A DNA stretch of 59,964 nt. Source: Catajapyx aquilonaris (Eukaryota). The stretch lies in NCBI GenBank assembly GCA_000934665.2, contig KZ539130.1:1-59964 (forward strand), written 5' to 3'. Positions within the stretch are counted from its first letter, which is position 1. Each line of letters starts with the position of its first letter. The notes under the pieces were generated by a model. The model was not told the origin of the DNA. It did no database searches and saw only the letters and a list, made by a program, of their open reading frames with translations. Below, piece after piece: positions 26,901 through 37,502 of the stretch. Made by a program: the position numbers and the translations under genes.

Positions 26901-29900
26901 TTGAAAGGCTAAAAAAATATCCTACCATAGAACCATAGTACCATGTACAGTCAAACCTCGTTTAACATCAGGGATAGCCGGATAGGTTCGTGACTTCGTG
27001 TAAAGTGAAACATTATTACAGTAATCATTTAATCTTATGGGAATTGGGAAATAGGGGGATAGGTTCCTGGGGGACCAGGTTCGTCATACATTTATCCTAC
27101 CAATAATCACAAACTCACCAGTCAAAAAGTTAAAAGTTAAAAGTCTTGACTCTTGACTTATTGTATATGTAGTAAAATACAGTTTAATTATCAGAATCAG
27201 TACATGAGAACATGACAGAGCCACAGAGGTAGTACATCAGGCACTGCTTTCTGCGTAATAAAGATACAGTAGTGTACAATAATACTGTAAGTGTTACAGA
27301 CTTACAGGTATGTACACAGGTACACTACTGAATAGTGTAGTAGGCTAGTCGCTCCCAAGTAAGCGGAATCCGTGTTAAACGAGGATTGACTGTATATTGT
27401 AGAATGCACTTTCCTTGGAATGTAACATGTTTGACAATATTGACATACATTTCTTGATTTTCTTCAAATGGTAGGTGGTGTTTTTATCAGGAAAATGAAA
27501 TAAAGTGCTGTACTACAAATAATAACATTCAAAATAATCCGATTATAATCAAAATAATCTGATTATAATCAAAATAATCCGATTATTTGATTATTTTAAA
27601 ATAATCATTGATTATTGCCAACCCTGGTTAGTGGAGTGCCCATGTTGAATGTCTGGAATAATACTGTCATTTGCTGACATGCATAAATACCACAATCCCC
27701 AGAACTCATGAGCTAGTGAGTGTTGACTAAAAGAGGAGAAGGAATGCATGTGCAAGTAAAATGTTTGGTGAATTGCCTTGGATGGACAGTCAAGCAAAAT
27801 TAAATCTTTTCAGTAACTAATAACTTTTCCACTCTGAAGCCCAAGCAATACATGAAACACATATCTGAGCATGACCATAAATGAAACGTAAACAAAGATA
27901 TGACATACCCATATCAATGATTTCAAGGGAGATGTCATTGGATTGCTCCATTCAACAGCTTCATTGTTTCCATTGCATCTAACATGCAGGGATTCTTTAA
28001 AGACAGGCCGTGACGTAACAGTAACCATCCTGAGAGCTGGGAAAGAAGGCGACTTATGAGGGTGCCTTCTGATCACCACTGCCACTGGCTCTGCAGGTAG
28101 TTCCATTGGAGCTCGCAGTCCCAAAAGCCACCTAAGGTAGAGCCATGCACTTTGGTCCTTTGGATCAGTGTAGGCAGCACTCCTCACAGCAGACATCTCT
28201 TCCAGAAAGACTGGCTCAGGAAGTGTTGGGTTCTCTTTAGAGCAATGAAGACGGGGAAGGAGGGCACTGCGGTAGTGCCAAGCTGAGTAGTTGGAGAAGT
28301 TGGCACCAATCTTCTCTTCACAGAACTGAAGTTCCTCTTCCAGGGATGCACCACAATGCTGAGCCACCCAGCGGCGGAAGTCCCAGCAATGAACTGATGG
28401 TAAGTGAAATATTCCAGAATTAATATACATTACTATATGTAAGCACTTACTTGTTAGAATACTAGTGATGTTACAATTGGAAAAAATTACTGTTAGCAAC
28501 ATCAACAATGTAACTATCAATTATTGGTTGTTCTAGTGCTATTCTAAGGCTGAGCACATTATGCAAGCACCAGTTTTCCACAAGATGGGTCCTTGCCTCA
28601 CAACCACTTCCAAGTTTGGCTTGTTTGTATTGAAACCACTGCTTAACCTTTGTGGACCCATGAATATGCATCTGAACTTTGTACCTTTGACATACATGAA
28701 ATACCCGCACTTCATTTATATCCCACTATTATCGAATAACCTCCAAAAATTGCAGCAGGATAGTTTTATGTGATTAACATAAGAAAGCACGCTGCAGCAT
28801 GTTTAGCAGGAAATGTGCAGTTGGTATATCAAAGCCCCAACGATAATTTTTTCTAGAAATATTTGCAATCTTGTTCAGGTGCAGTTCACTGGTCAGGTTT
28901 CATTTTATTCACTCTTGTATAATGATAAATTAGTACCATAACATGGGGAAACAATGCCTGTAGTGATTCCAAAAAATTTCATAGTTCAAGGAATCAATAT
29001 TAATTTAAACTGGAACTACTCACAATTTAATTTTTTTCTAACATCTAAACCTTAATACATAAGGAGAACAGTACAATTCCGTTCATCCATCTGCAATGCC
29101 TTGTTGGCAAGGCGCAGCTCCCTGTCCCATGCAGGGTTGGGCATAGTCTGGAGGGCCCAGGTGCGATGGTTCCAAGCCCCATATGACTTGGGATTGTTCC
29201 TCAAACTCTGCTCCACCAAGCTCAGCTCCCCGGAGAGGAGCACCTGCACCCGATCCTGATCACCGCCATCGTTGCCTTCATCCCCGCCTTCATCACAACT
29301 ACTCTTGCCACCTGCTTCAACATCTTCATTGGACAACCGCTTAATTTGGTATAAGAGAGCTTCCCGACGTACATTCCACAAGGAATACACATCAGGGTTG
29401 GCAGAGAGTATCTCTGCACTTACAGTCAGTATTTCAGTATCCAATTCCCCTTTAGAGCGCTGCAAATAATGATTAAAAACTGGTGTCATAATAATATTGT
29501 TATAAAAATGTGACACTATTATTTATGTTGCAGTTTGGGTGAGTGGAACCAACATAGTAATGCCTTCAAATTAAGACTAATGCTGCTGACTCTAAATATA
29601 ACAACCTCGGCTATAACAGATTCTCAGTTATAGTAGACTGATTTCTGCAGTCCCTTGAAGTCTGTTATATCCGGAGCCTACTGTGTAAATATTGCCCTTT
29701 TCCTAAATCAGACAGTTTTGAATAACCTATAAGTGATCAATATATCCTGACGTGAATGTGTGCAAAAAATGCTTTGCAAAGAGTTAAGCCATGTACACAT
29801 TAGGCTTGTCCCAATTTGTTGTTTAATTTACAATCACAGGTGCTCTTACATAAACTGCAAGTGTCCCTATTCATACACCATGCCAACCAGCAGTTGCTTT

Positions 29901-32900
29901 ATGCCGAGTTACCCTATTTTCATTAAAAGTTGAGACAAACCTGGCCTGACTTAAGTTATTCCCCTGATTCTAATCTAAACCTGCCACATATGGAAGAGGA
30001 GTATGTACCGAGTCCAACACTACATACACTAGTGGTTCCCAACCTTTTACCAACTGCGACCCCCTAAACATGTTTCCATAAATGTGCGCCTCCCCCCCGG
30101 CCCCTTCTACAACTACCCCATTTCCAGAAAACATACACTCTGTACGGCTGCAAAAATGGTTCAATTTACACAGAACTTGAAAAAAAAAAAAAAGTGAACA
30201 AAGGCTCGTGACCCCCCGGTTGGAAACCACTGGCATACACCCAAAAATCCAGTCTGCATTAATAAGTGTGCAATGTTCTGGTGAAAATTGAAATTGCTAA
30301 GAAATATAGCTACCTATTCAGGGTGTTTGTTACTAGTCCAGCCAACAGCCATCAGTGTATTCCTTGAGGTAAAAGAAGTCGACAATGTAGGGGGAAGAAA
30401 TGTCGAGGGAGCAACCGTTAACATGAACTTGACCAGAAACATGGCCAATGGTTGCCGAAGGCGCAGGATATGAGCGTAAAAATGTTGACTGTTGAGATTT
30501 GCAAGGTCACCTCTTTCACAGAAGTGATTATCACCGCTCATATCCTGCAACTTCGGCAACCACCGGCCAATGTTTCTGGTCGTCTACCTCATTAACGGTT
30601 GGTCCCTCGACATTTCTCCCCCCTACATTTTAGACTTGTTTTGGCCCAAGGAATACCCTGATGGAGGTTGGGTGGACTAGTTAGAAACACCCTGTAGTGT
30701 TTCTTACTAGTAGGTCCTCCCACCGGCAGTGTATTACTTGGCCCAAACCACATCTAAAATGTCGGGCAGAGAAATGTTGAGGGACCAACCTGTGACGAGG
30801 TAGAGGACCATAAATATTGGCCTACCCCTAGACACAGGCGGCAACACATACAACGCCTCTTTGTAGGGAGGTCCCCTGTCAGATGGACTTGCATACCTTA
30901 TAGGGGTTGCCTAGGGATGTAGGGAGGAGGATATGAGCGAGAGAATTATGACTGGTGGGATTTGCGAAATCGGTTCTTTAGGAGTCTGATTATCTTGCTC
31001 ATGTCCTGCTCCCTACATCCCTAGGCAACCCCTGTAAGGCACACGAGTCCACCTGACCTACAAAGAGGCGTCGTGTGTGTTGCCACCTGTATCTAGGGGT
31101 AGGCCAATCATTCTGGTCCTCTACCTTGTTACCGGTCGGTCCCTCGACATTTCTCCCCCCTACATTTTAGATGTGGTTTGGGCCAAGGAATACGCTGCCG
31201 GCGAGATGTCCTACTAGTAAGAAACACCCTGTATAAATAGGATTCATGAGATCCTTCTAAAATAACACAATATTAAAGATAGCCAAAATAAAGAAACGGA
31301 TGGTAAGAAAAAAATGTAAAATGGGGGGGGGGGGGAGGGAGAGAGAGAGAGNAGAGAGAGAGAGAGAGAGAGAGAGAAGTAATTCTTCTGGACATGATTG
31401 ATCATTATTCAGGATGGCTACAGATCTGCAACACTCTTCACACTGGCTAGTAGATCATGGCAAGGGTTGAAAATGAACCCATTGTTGGGGCTCTGAATAC
31501 ACTGTAGGAAATTTTGACGTTGTGGGTAAATTTGGGAAGAGAATGACCTACTTTGCTGGACTCAGCCCCTGATAATTTTCCTTGTATATTCTGCTTGCAT
31601 CGAAAGTAAATGAGCTCACCAACTGAACAGTACTACCCTTGGAAGTTCACAACTGGGTCTAAGAATGTGGGAAACTGATATTGTCCAGTTATTGCTCACA
31701 ATAAGCTTATTATGTTCTATTTCACTTTCTTAAAGTCTGGCCTGCTCCTCCTGCTTCTTTCTCCCACGCTAACTTATGATAATGCAGCCATAAGCAACCA
31801 AACAATTTTGAGCAATGCCCCTAATCCATATGATTCCTGTGTTGAGAGGGAAGGCAAGGCTAAAGCCTTGCCTTCCCTCTTCTCTATGTTTAGTTGTAAA
31901 ATGCATGGTACAAAATAATATGAGTTACACCTTTTCCATTATAATCTTCATGGCATTCCGATATGCAGCCAACTTCTTCTCTCGCTCCTTCTGCTTGAGA
32001 GCTTGCTCTTCGGCTGTAGTGCGTACTTTTATTCTCCCATGCTGAAAATAAAGAGATGTTATTGGATGATGTTCCTCCTCCCCTACTAATTTCATGAAGG
32101 TGTGCAATACTGTATTACAAAAACTAGCTATGATTAATCAGTTATTGCCTACCAACAGGTAAGATATTAACAGCTATTCAGCTTTTACATGCTTAAATAT
32201 TACCAGCTGTCCTATATTGTGCAAATATACAGGGTGATTCTCCCGAATGGAAACCCAAACATTCCTCAATAACTTTTTAACTTATGGTATGGTTCCCGAT
32301 GAAAATTGACATGTACTCACCTTGTCTCATGCCAAACAAGGTCTGTCTAAAGAATATACCAAAAGTGGTCCCCTCCAGCATCCAAGAATTTTTAAATGCG
32401 AGTCTGCAGATTGCCGAAGACTCCCGCAGATTGCCGGCGGGAATGGCTCAACTCCCGCCCGCCCACCTGCTTGGCGAGAGGGCATCGCAAGGCCAAGGTC
32501 CCGTTGCCTTGAGATGCCCTCTCGCCAAGCAGGCGGGTGGGTGGGAATGGCTGGGATCGCCGCCGTCAATCTGCAGGAGTCTTCGGCAATATGCAGACTC
32601 GCATTTAAAAATTCTCGGATGCTGGACCACTTTTGGTATATTCTTTAGACAGACCTTGTTTGGCATCATACAAGGTAAGTACATGTCAATTTTCATCTGG
32701 AACCATACCATAGTTAAAAAGTTATTGAGGAATGTTTGGGTTTCCATTCGGGAGAATCACCCTGTATGAGCAATCTAACAAAACAAATTGAGCAGGTGCT
32801 GTCCTATTTTTTGAAATACTTTTCATGATTTAAAACAATGTCTTTAAGACTGGCAGTAGGGTGTCAATAATACCTTGATAATACCAAGAGCTGATAATAC

Positions 32901-33416
32901 TGATGATGATGATGCAAAAACCCTGCTCCAAGTTGCTGCCCTTAATACAAAACATGCCAGCCATCCCCTAGATCTCAAGTAAAATGTGGAGATATGCAAT
33001 ATTATCCAAGCTTCATACTTTGAACAATTACAGGTACCAGTGTATTTACAAAACTTATACTCTCATAAATCGAGTGTGCCAAATTCCCTTTTCCATGAAA
33101 ACTACTGGTCCTCATCACTGATAAAGGTACTTGCTATGTGACACTGTATTGCAATAGGTTCTGCAATAGGTTATGACTATGAACATGTGCACAAAATCCT
33201 GCCATTCTGATATGGCATTTAAGTTTCGCTATTGCTCAGATCACATTAATGACTTTCGTTCTCATTTGATCCGTTTTCCACTTTACCGATTCATTTTCCA
33301 CAGGGCCCAATTATGTAGCCCCCCAGAAGAGGGACGTTCAGACACATATACTGGGAGCAAGAGTTTTCTTCATTTAATGTGGTGCAATGCAGTTTCCTGG
33401 CAGTTAAGCTTACCAT
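23905..33416 (-). CDS. RABGGTA: Rab geranylgeranyltransferase (type II) subunit alpha, about 595 aa
   Basis: ATG at an exon end 33414-33416 (ATG|GTAAG), then exons 31931-32041 (HGRIKVRTTAEEQ), 29075-29459 (NPDVYSLWNVRRE; NPKSYGAWNHR; MDERN), 27909-28393 (FHCWDFRR; NFSNYSAWHYRS; DPKDQSAWLYLRW), 25414-25660 (LQEELQTCRDLMDLEPDAK) and 23905-24461 (WPLLT...VDPHRKNCYQD, then LRRs LDLSGNRL/LFLDDNDL). Total 1788 nt, phases consistent. PFTA repeats, Ig-like segment and LRR domain are present. Confidence 0.95.
26725..27626. mobile_element. hAT MITE with GATTATAATC tandem subterminal repeats and a nested Tigger-like element
   Basis: TIR CAGGGTTGGCA and 8-bp TSD GTTAGTGG at 26717-26724 and 27627-27634. 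Confidence 0.85.
30030..30232. mobile_element. hAT (Charlie-like) MITE
   Basis: TAGTGGTTCCCAACC...GGTTGGAAACCACTG; 8-bp TSD (A/G)CATACAC. Confidence 0.75.
30319..31231. mobile_element. Two adjacent fold-back MITEs of the CAGGGTGTTTCTTACTAGT family (30319-30694 and 30697-31231)
   Basis: Shared TIR and the subterminal AAAATGTAGGGGGGAGAAATGTCGAGGG motif. Other family arms lie at about 4290-4470, 7560-7727 and 56320-58350. Confidence 0.8.
32230..32764. mobile_element. Fold-back Tc1/mariner-type MITE
   Basis: TA-CAGGGTGATTCTCCCGAATGGAAACCC...GGGTTTCCATTCGGGAGAATCACCCTG-TA; near-perfect palindrome. Confidence 0.85.
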
Positions 33417-33589
33417 TTCTCTATCCCTTCTTCTGACGTCAGCCGATGTATCAGTAAGGCAGCACAGGGCAAGCTCTCAGCCACTCTTTCACAATTCCAC
33501 CAGAAGCTACTGTTACCGCACTTTTGCCTTGCCTCCACTTGCCTCCCTACTCTCGTTTCTGTGGGAGTGACAATGCAAAATTGCTAACC

Positions 33590-33800
33590 TATCTGTTCGT
33601 GGGTGCGGCCATCTTGGATGATGACGCTCAGTGGAGGTGCCAGCTGAAATGGGATATCACATAATAATTTATTATACGTATTATAATATATGAAAAGACT
33701 AATGACATAATGTTACAGTCAAAAATAAAAAATATTACATTATATTACTGATTTATATTGATGCTGATAATGCTGTTTCCACATCATGGCGGTCGTGGCG
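33590..33800. promoter_or_regulatory. Probable RABGGTA promoter/5' end with YY1/Pho-like motifs on both strands
   Basis: CAAGATGGCCGC on the minus strand (33605-33616) and CATGGCGG on the plus strand (about 33785-33792), separated by an AT-rich spacer. Confidence 0.4.
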
Positions 33801-34839
33801 GGCTGTATGAATAAGCCCAGAATGTTTGTTGGCGGTTGGTTGGTATGTTTTGTCTGAGCTACCTTATCCACTTTCAGACTACTGAGAGGACTGAATCTTG
33901 GAACACTGATGGCTTATGTGCCCCTCATTGAGGGAAAAGTCCGAGAACTGCACTTTTTTCTGAGTTTAAATGCTCAAAATTCAGAATATTTTCTGGTGTT
34001 TGCGGCATCAATTACGGCTACCCCGGGTCTGGTTTTCCGTTCGATCCGTTCGAACGGAAAACCAGACCATGTCACATATTTTACCTTCGGAGGACATTAG
34101 CACGCTCCCTGTAGGTCCTACCAAGTTCCTACCTCGAAATGTCCCTATCTAACAGCTTCATTGATCAGGACGGTCTGGGCTACAACATATCCAATTTTCA
34201 GCAGGCAAATCGAACGCACGGAAGGGCACTGGACCATACATTTTAATTGTGCCATGTACTTTTGTTAAAATTTTGTGAATTTTTACCAAGTATGATTAAC
34301 AGTCAGTCACAGCGATAAATCCTGACAGAGTGACAGATATAGGCCTATATACCGCCTGACTACCTGTCTAGGTAGATCAAAAATGCACTTTTATCTTTGT
34401 TATATTGATTTTTATTTCGTCAGCTTTGCCAACGCTTAAAAACAATCAAAAACGCCCTGTTTTTGATCTAACGCGTCTCGCAATCATCTTGATTTGTAAG
34501 GAGCCTATGAGTGCATATAAACACTTACGTGACTAGGCGAGTAAATGATGACACATTCTTTTTCCAGGCGTTTGACCTCTTATCCTGCTCTGCCCCTCCC
34601 CTTGACTTGCTGGTCTGGTTTATGTTCCCCCGAGGCGATCGAGTCTATTTAGGGAACGACCCCTTGCCCAACCATTGACCAACGTACATTTTCGGCCGAG
34701 ATCCACACACATTATTTTTGGTGCAGACGACCATCAACACACGTTTTTGGGACGGACCGGACCGACAGACATTTTAGGCCCGGACCAACACATTTTGCTA
34801 GATCATCGTCCCAACCAGCAGAGCAGAACACAACTAGCC

Positions 34840-35840
34840 ATGAGCCTCACTCCCGACATTGTGGCCGCTGTAGTCTCCGGGATTTTCCTAATAAGCGCAC
34901 CTGACTCTGACTGCCAGCTTCATTGCACTCGGGCGGCTCACCGATCCCTCCCTGTTGATGGTGCCGATATTCGTTACTTTTTTGTACAGTGTCAAGTAAG
35001 TAGGCCTATAATGTGTATTCTTCAAGTTGGTATCTTCTATCTGTAATTATTTTCAGCCCTGACATTCAGTTCGAGGCTGCCGGCACTGGCCAAGTTTGCA
35101 GCGGGTACATACAATAAAAAAAGAAGAAGTGGTTACTGCAGGCGCTGTCCTACCCCTGGTGACCCTATTGAGCGACGGTCAACTGCGTGTTGCACAGCAG
35201 GCAGTGATCGTAGCCCTATCCAACATTTCTGACAAGTTTTCAATCATCAGCGCTGGGATAGTCAAGCCTCTTCTGGACCTCATCAAGCCCATCACCACTA
35301 TCGCTATAGTGTAAGTCCAGCATAAATCTTGAACATCATGATCAACTATTTCTTGTCTCCATTGTTGCAGATTGACATGTTGCGCAGAATCACCTGGACT
35401 GTCGTGTCCAACCTGTGCCGTAACAATAACCCATCGCCTCCTTTTGAGGCCATCCGCCGGCTCATTCCCGCACTTTGGCCAGCTAGTTTACCATATACGG
35501 ACAAGGAAGTGCAGGGTATGCCCGGCATGTGAGATTATCTACTTCATTTTATTACTTCATAATGACACTATTTGTCTTCAGCGCATGCCTGTCGGGCTTT
35601 CTGGCACGTAGTGGAAGACGGGACCAACATCCAGGAGGTGAGTGACTCTGGTGTTGTGGAGCACCTCGTGCAGCTCCTGGAGTCTGATGAGCAGTCTGTG
35701 GTCATTCCTGCTCAAAGTGATTCCCAGGATGATGTGGTGAAATGCAGGGCTCGACTCATCCATACTTACATCCCTGCTTTCTCATCCAAAAGACAACGCA
35801 GTCATGGATGTCTCCTGGAGTCTCTCGAACATGGTCTTAC
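34840..35840 (+). pseudogene. Unprocessed, frameshifted importin-alpha (karyopherin alpha 2/Pendulin-like) pseudogene
   Basis: ARM-repeat fragments in order: DCQLHCTRAAHR; PDIQFEAA then a frameshift into ALAKFAAGT; VVTAGAVLPLVTLL..VAQQAV..ALSNI; GIVKPLLDLIKP; LRRITWTVVSNLCRNNNPSPPFEAI; AHACRAF..IQEVSDSGVVEHLVQLL; DVSWSLSNM. GT-AG intron remnants persist (about 34996-35057, 35310-35370, 35516-35581). There are several frameshifts and deletions and no recognisable IBB domain. Confidence 0.8.
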
Positions 35841-36029
35841 AATAATTGTAAGGCCTGGGCACGGCTTAGGGGGCCTGACGGCGTTTCTTTGTCCGTACCA
35901 ACATGGGGTTGTGGCTAATAATTTCGTGTGGTTTCAGGTGCTGGACGTGCAAGAGGACGCGGGAGGGGACAACCATATACGTATATGTTTGATATATATG
36001 ACTGCAGCATCTGGAAGCAGTTATTCAGT

Positions 36030-36290
36030 CGTTCAAGGTGAATTATTTCTTAGCGAAAGAAACAATTTTGCACTCATGTTAAATGTGGATTGGTTCCAAC
36101 CTTTCAAAAACCGGAATGATTACTCGGTGGCTGTAATGTTCATTAGCACAATGAATCTACTATGACGAGAAAGCTTTTTATTAAAAACATTATTCTGGTT
36201 GGGTGTAATTCCTTCTATATGAGTAAGGAGCCTAGCTCGTTAAATTCCTTCATGGAGCCGGTGGTGGAAGAACTGAAGAAATTGTGAGTG
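36030..36290 (+). mobile_element. CACTA/EnSpm (Transposase_21/tnp2-like) transposase fragment
   Basis: FALMLNVDWFQPFKNRNDYSVAVMFISTMNLL* followed, with frameshifts, by NIILVG..IP..KEPSSLNSFMEPVVEELKKL, which is the typical animal CACTA transposase core. Confidence 0.7.
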
Positions 36291-37502
36291 TGTGGGGGGG
36301 GGTTCAGTCAGTTCAGCGATTGTCTAGTAGCGGAAATGAAGTGGGTATACAATCAGACCTCAAAAATGTAGAAGCAGAGAGAAAAAGGACATAACTAATA
36401 AGATTGCATCTATAATTGAGAATTTATTCATTCAAGAAAACAAAAGTATACTCGTAGTAAGTCCAAATCCCCAGGTTAACACAAAATTTAGGTAGGGGCA
36501 AAGGACAGCTAGCGTAGAAACGTGGCGACGGATTTAGATTAACAAAGATAATCCCTTTACCAATCCAACATGAGCAAATCAATGGTATGGGTGAATCAAC
36601 CCAACATCAATAACAACAAAAGGAACTGGAAGTATCGTACTGGTTCAAGCCCAATTCCAAAATACACACAGGGGTTGCTGTAAAGATGCATTTCCCAGGA
36701 GGTGTAGGGTTTTATCAAGATCGACACATTTGTTCAAGTTGACCACTTATTTATTGAATCACACTTAATCCAATGAAATGCACATGGGGTTCTCATAGGA
36801 CAGGAAGGTTGCTGATGGCCAGGAGTAACTTGGATTAGCTCTTGCTAGGATGCACCGGTTGGTCAGGGGAAGGACGGTTCGACCTGGTCTTCCGCTGGTG
36901 TAGATACTATCGGGTGCAAAAACTTTCAGCAATTATTAAAGTCTGTCAATTAAAAGATGATCCCGTAAAAAGCCCAATGAGGCTTATCATGGGGTATCCA
37001 TTATTATTATAATAAGAAAAAAGCAATTAGTCCTTCATTTAGGAAATTATTTTATTGTGTAAGGATATGAGTTATTCATACATAACGGTACTTTTGTTCA
37101 ATAAAGCACAGTAAATTGCATATCTTATACAGTACTGCAACTTACAAGTTACGGTACTGTAAGATTTGTACCACCTGGGCAATTCCACCAGCCAACATGC
37201 AGGGTGGGTTTTAGGTGAGTGCAAACAGACACATGGATACAAAAATGTAGGTTTATGCATTTTACTTATTTTGGCTGATTTTTAACGGACTTGCCTCACT
37301 ATAAAGTTATAAACAATTAAGTGATTGTTTTCTTACTATTATCTAAGAATTAGTGCAAGTTTTGATGCTCCATTTGTAAAAGTATGCAATAAACAAAAAG
37401 TTAGACTACCCACTAAAGGAAAAAAACCAAAAAAAATAAAAGTTCTGATTAATCATGATGTGATGCAAAGAGACCTTCCATATTTCTTGCACAAGATCTC
37501 CA

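Noticed and set aside
26735..27615. Repeated GATTATAATC units that look like an array
   Set aside because: They are subterminal repeats of a hAT MITE with an 8-bp TSD. There are no unique spacers and the context is eukaryotic, so this is not CRISPR.
32284..32769. Mirror-image ORFs on both strands
   Set aside because: Artefact of the palindromic MITE at 32230-32764.
35572..36165. 197-aa ORF as a functional importin-transposase fusion protein
   Set aside because: It starts inside an intron, crosses deletions and out-of-frame importin segments, and the transposase part ends at a premature stop. A functional protein is unlikely.
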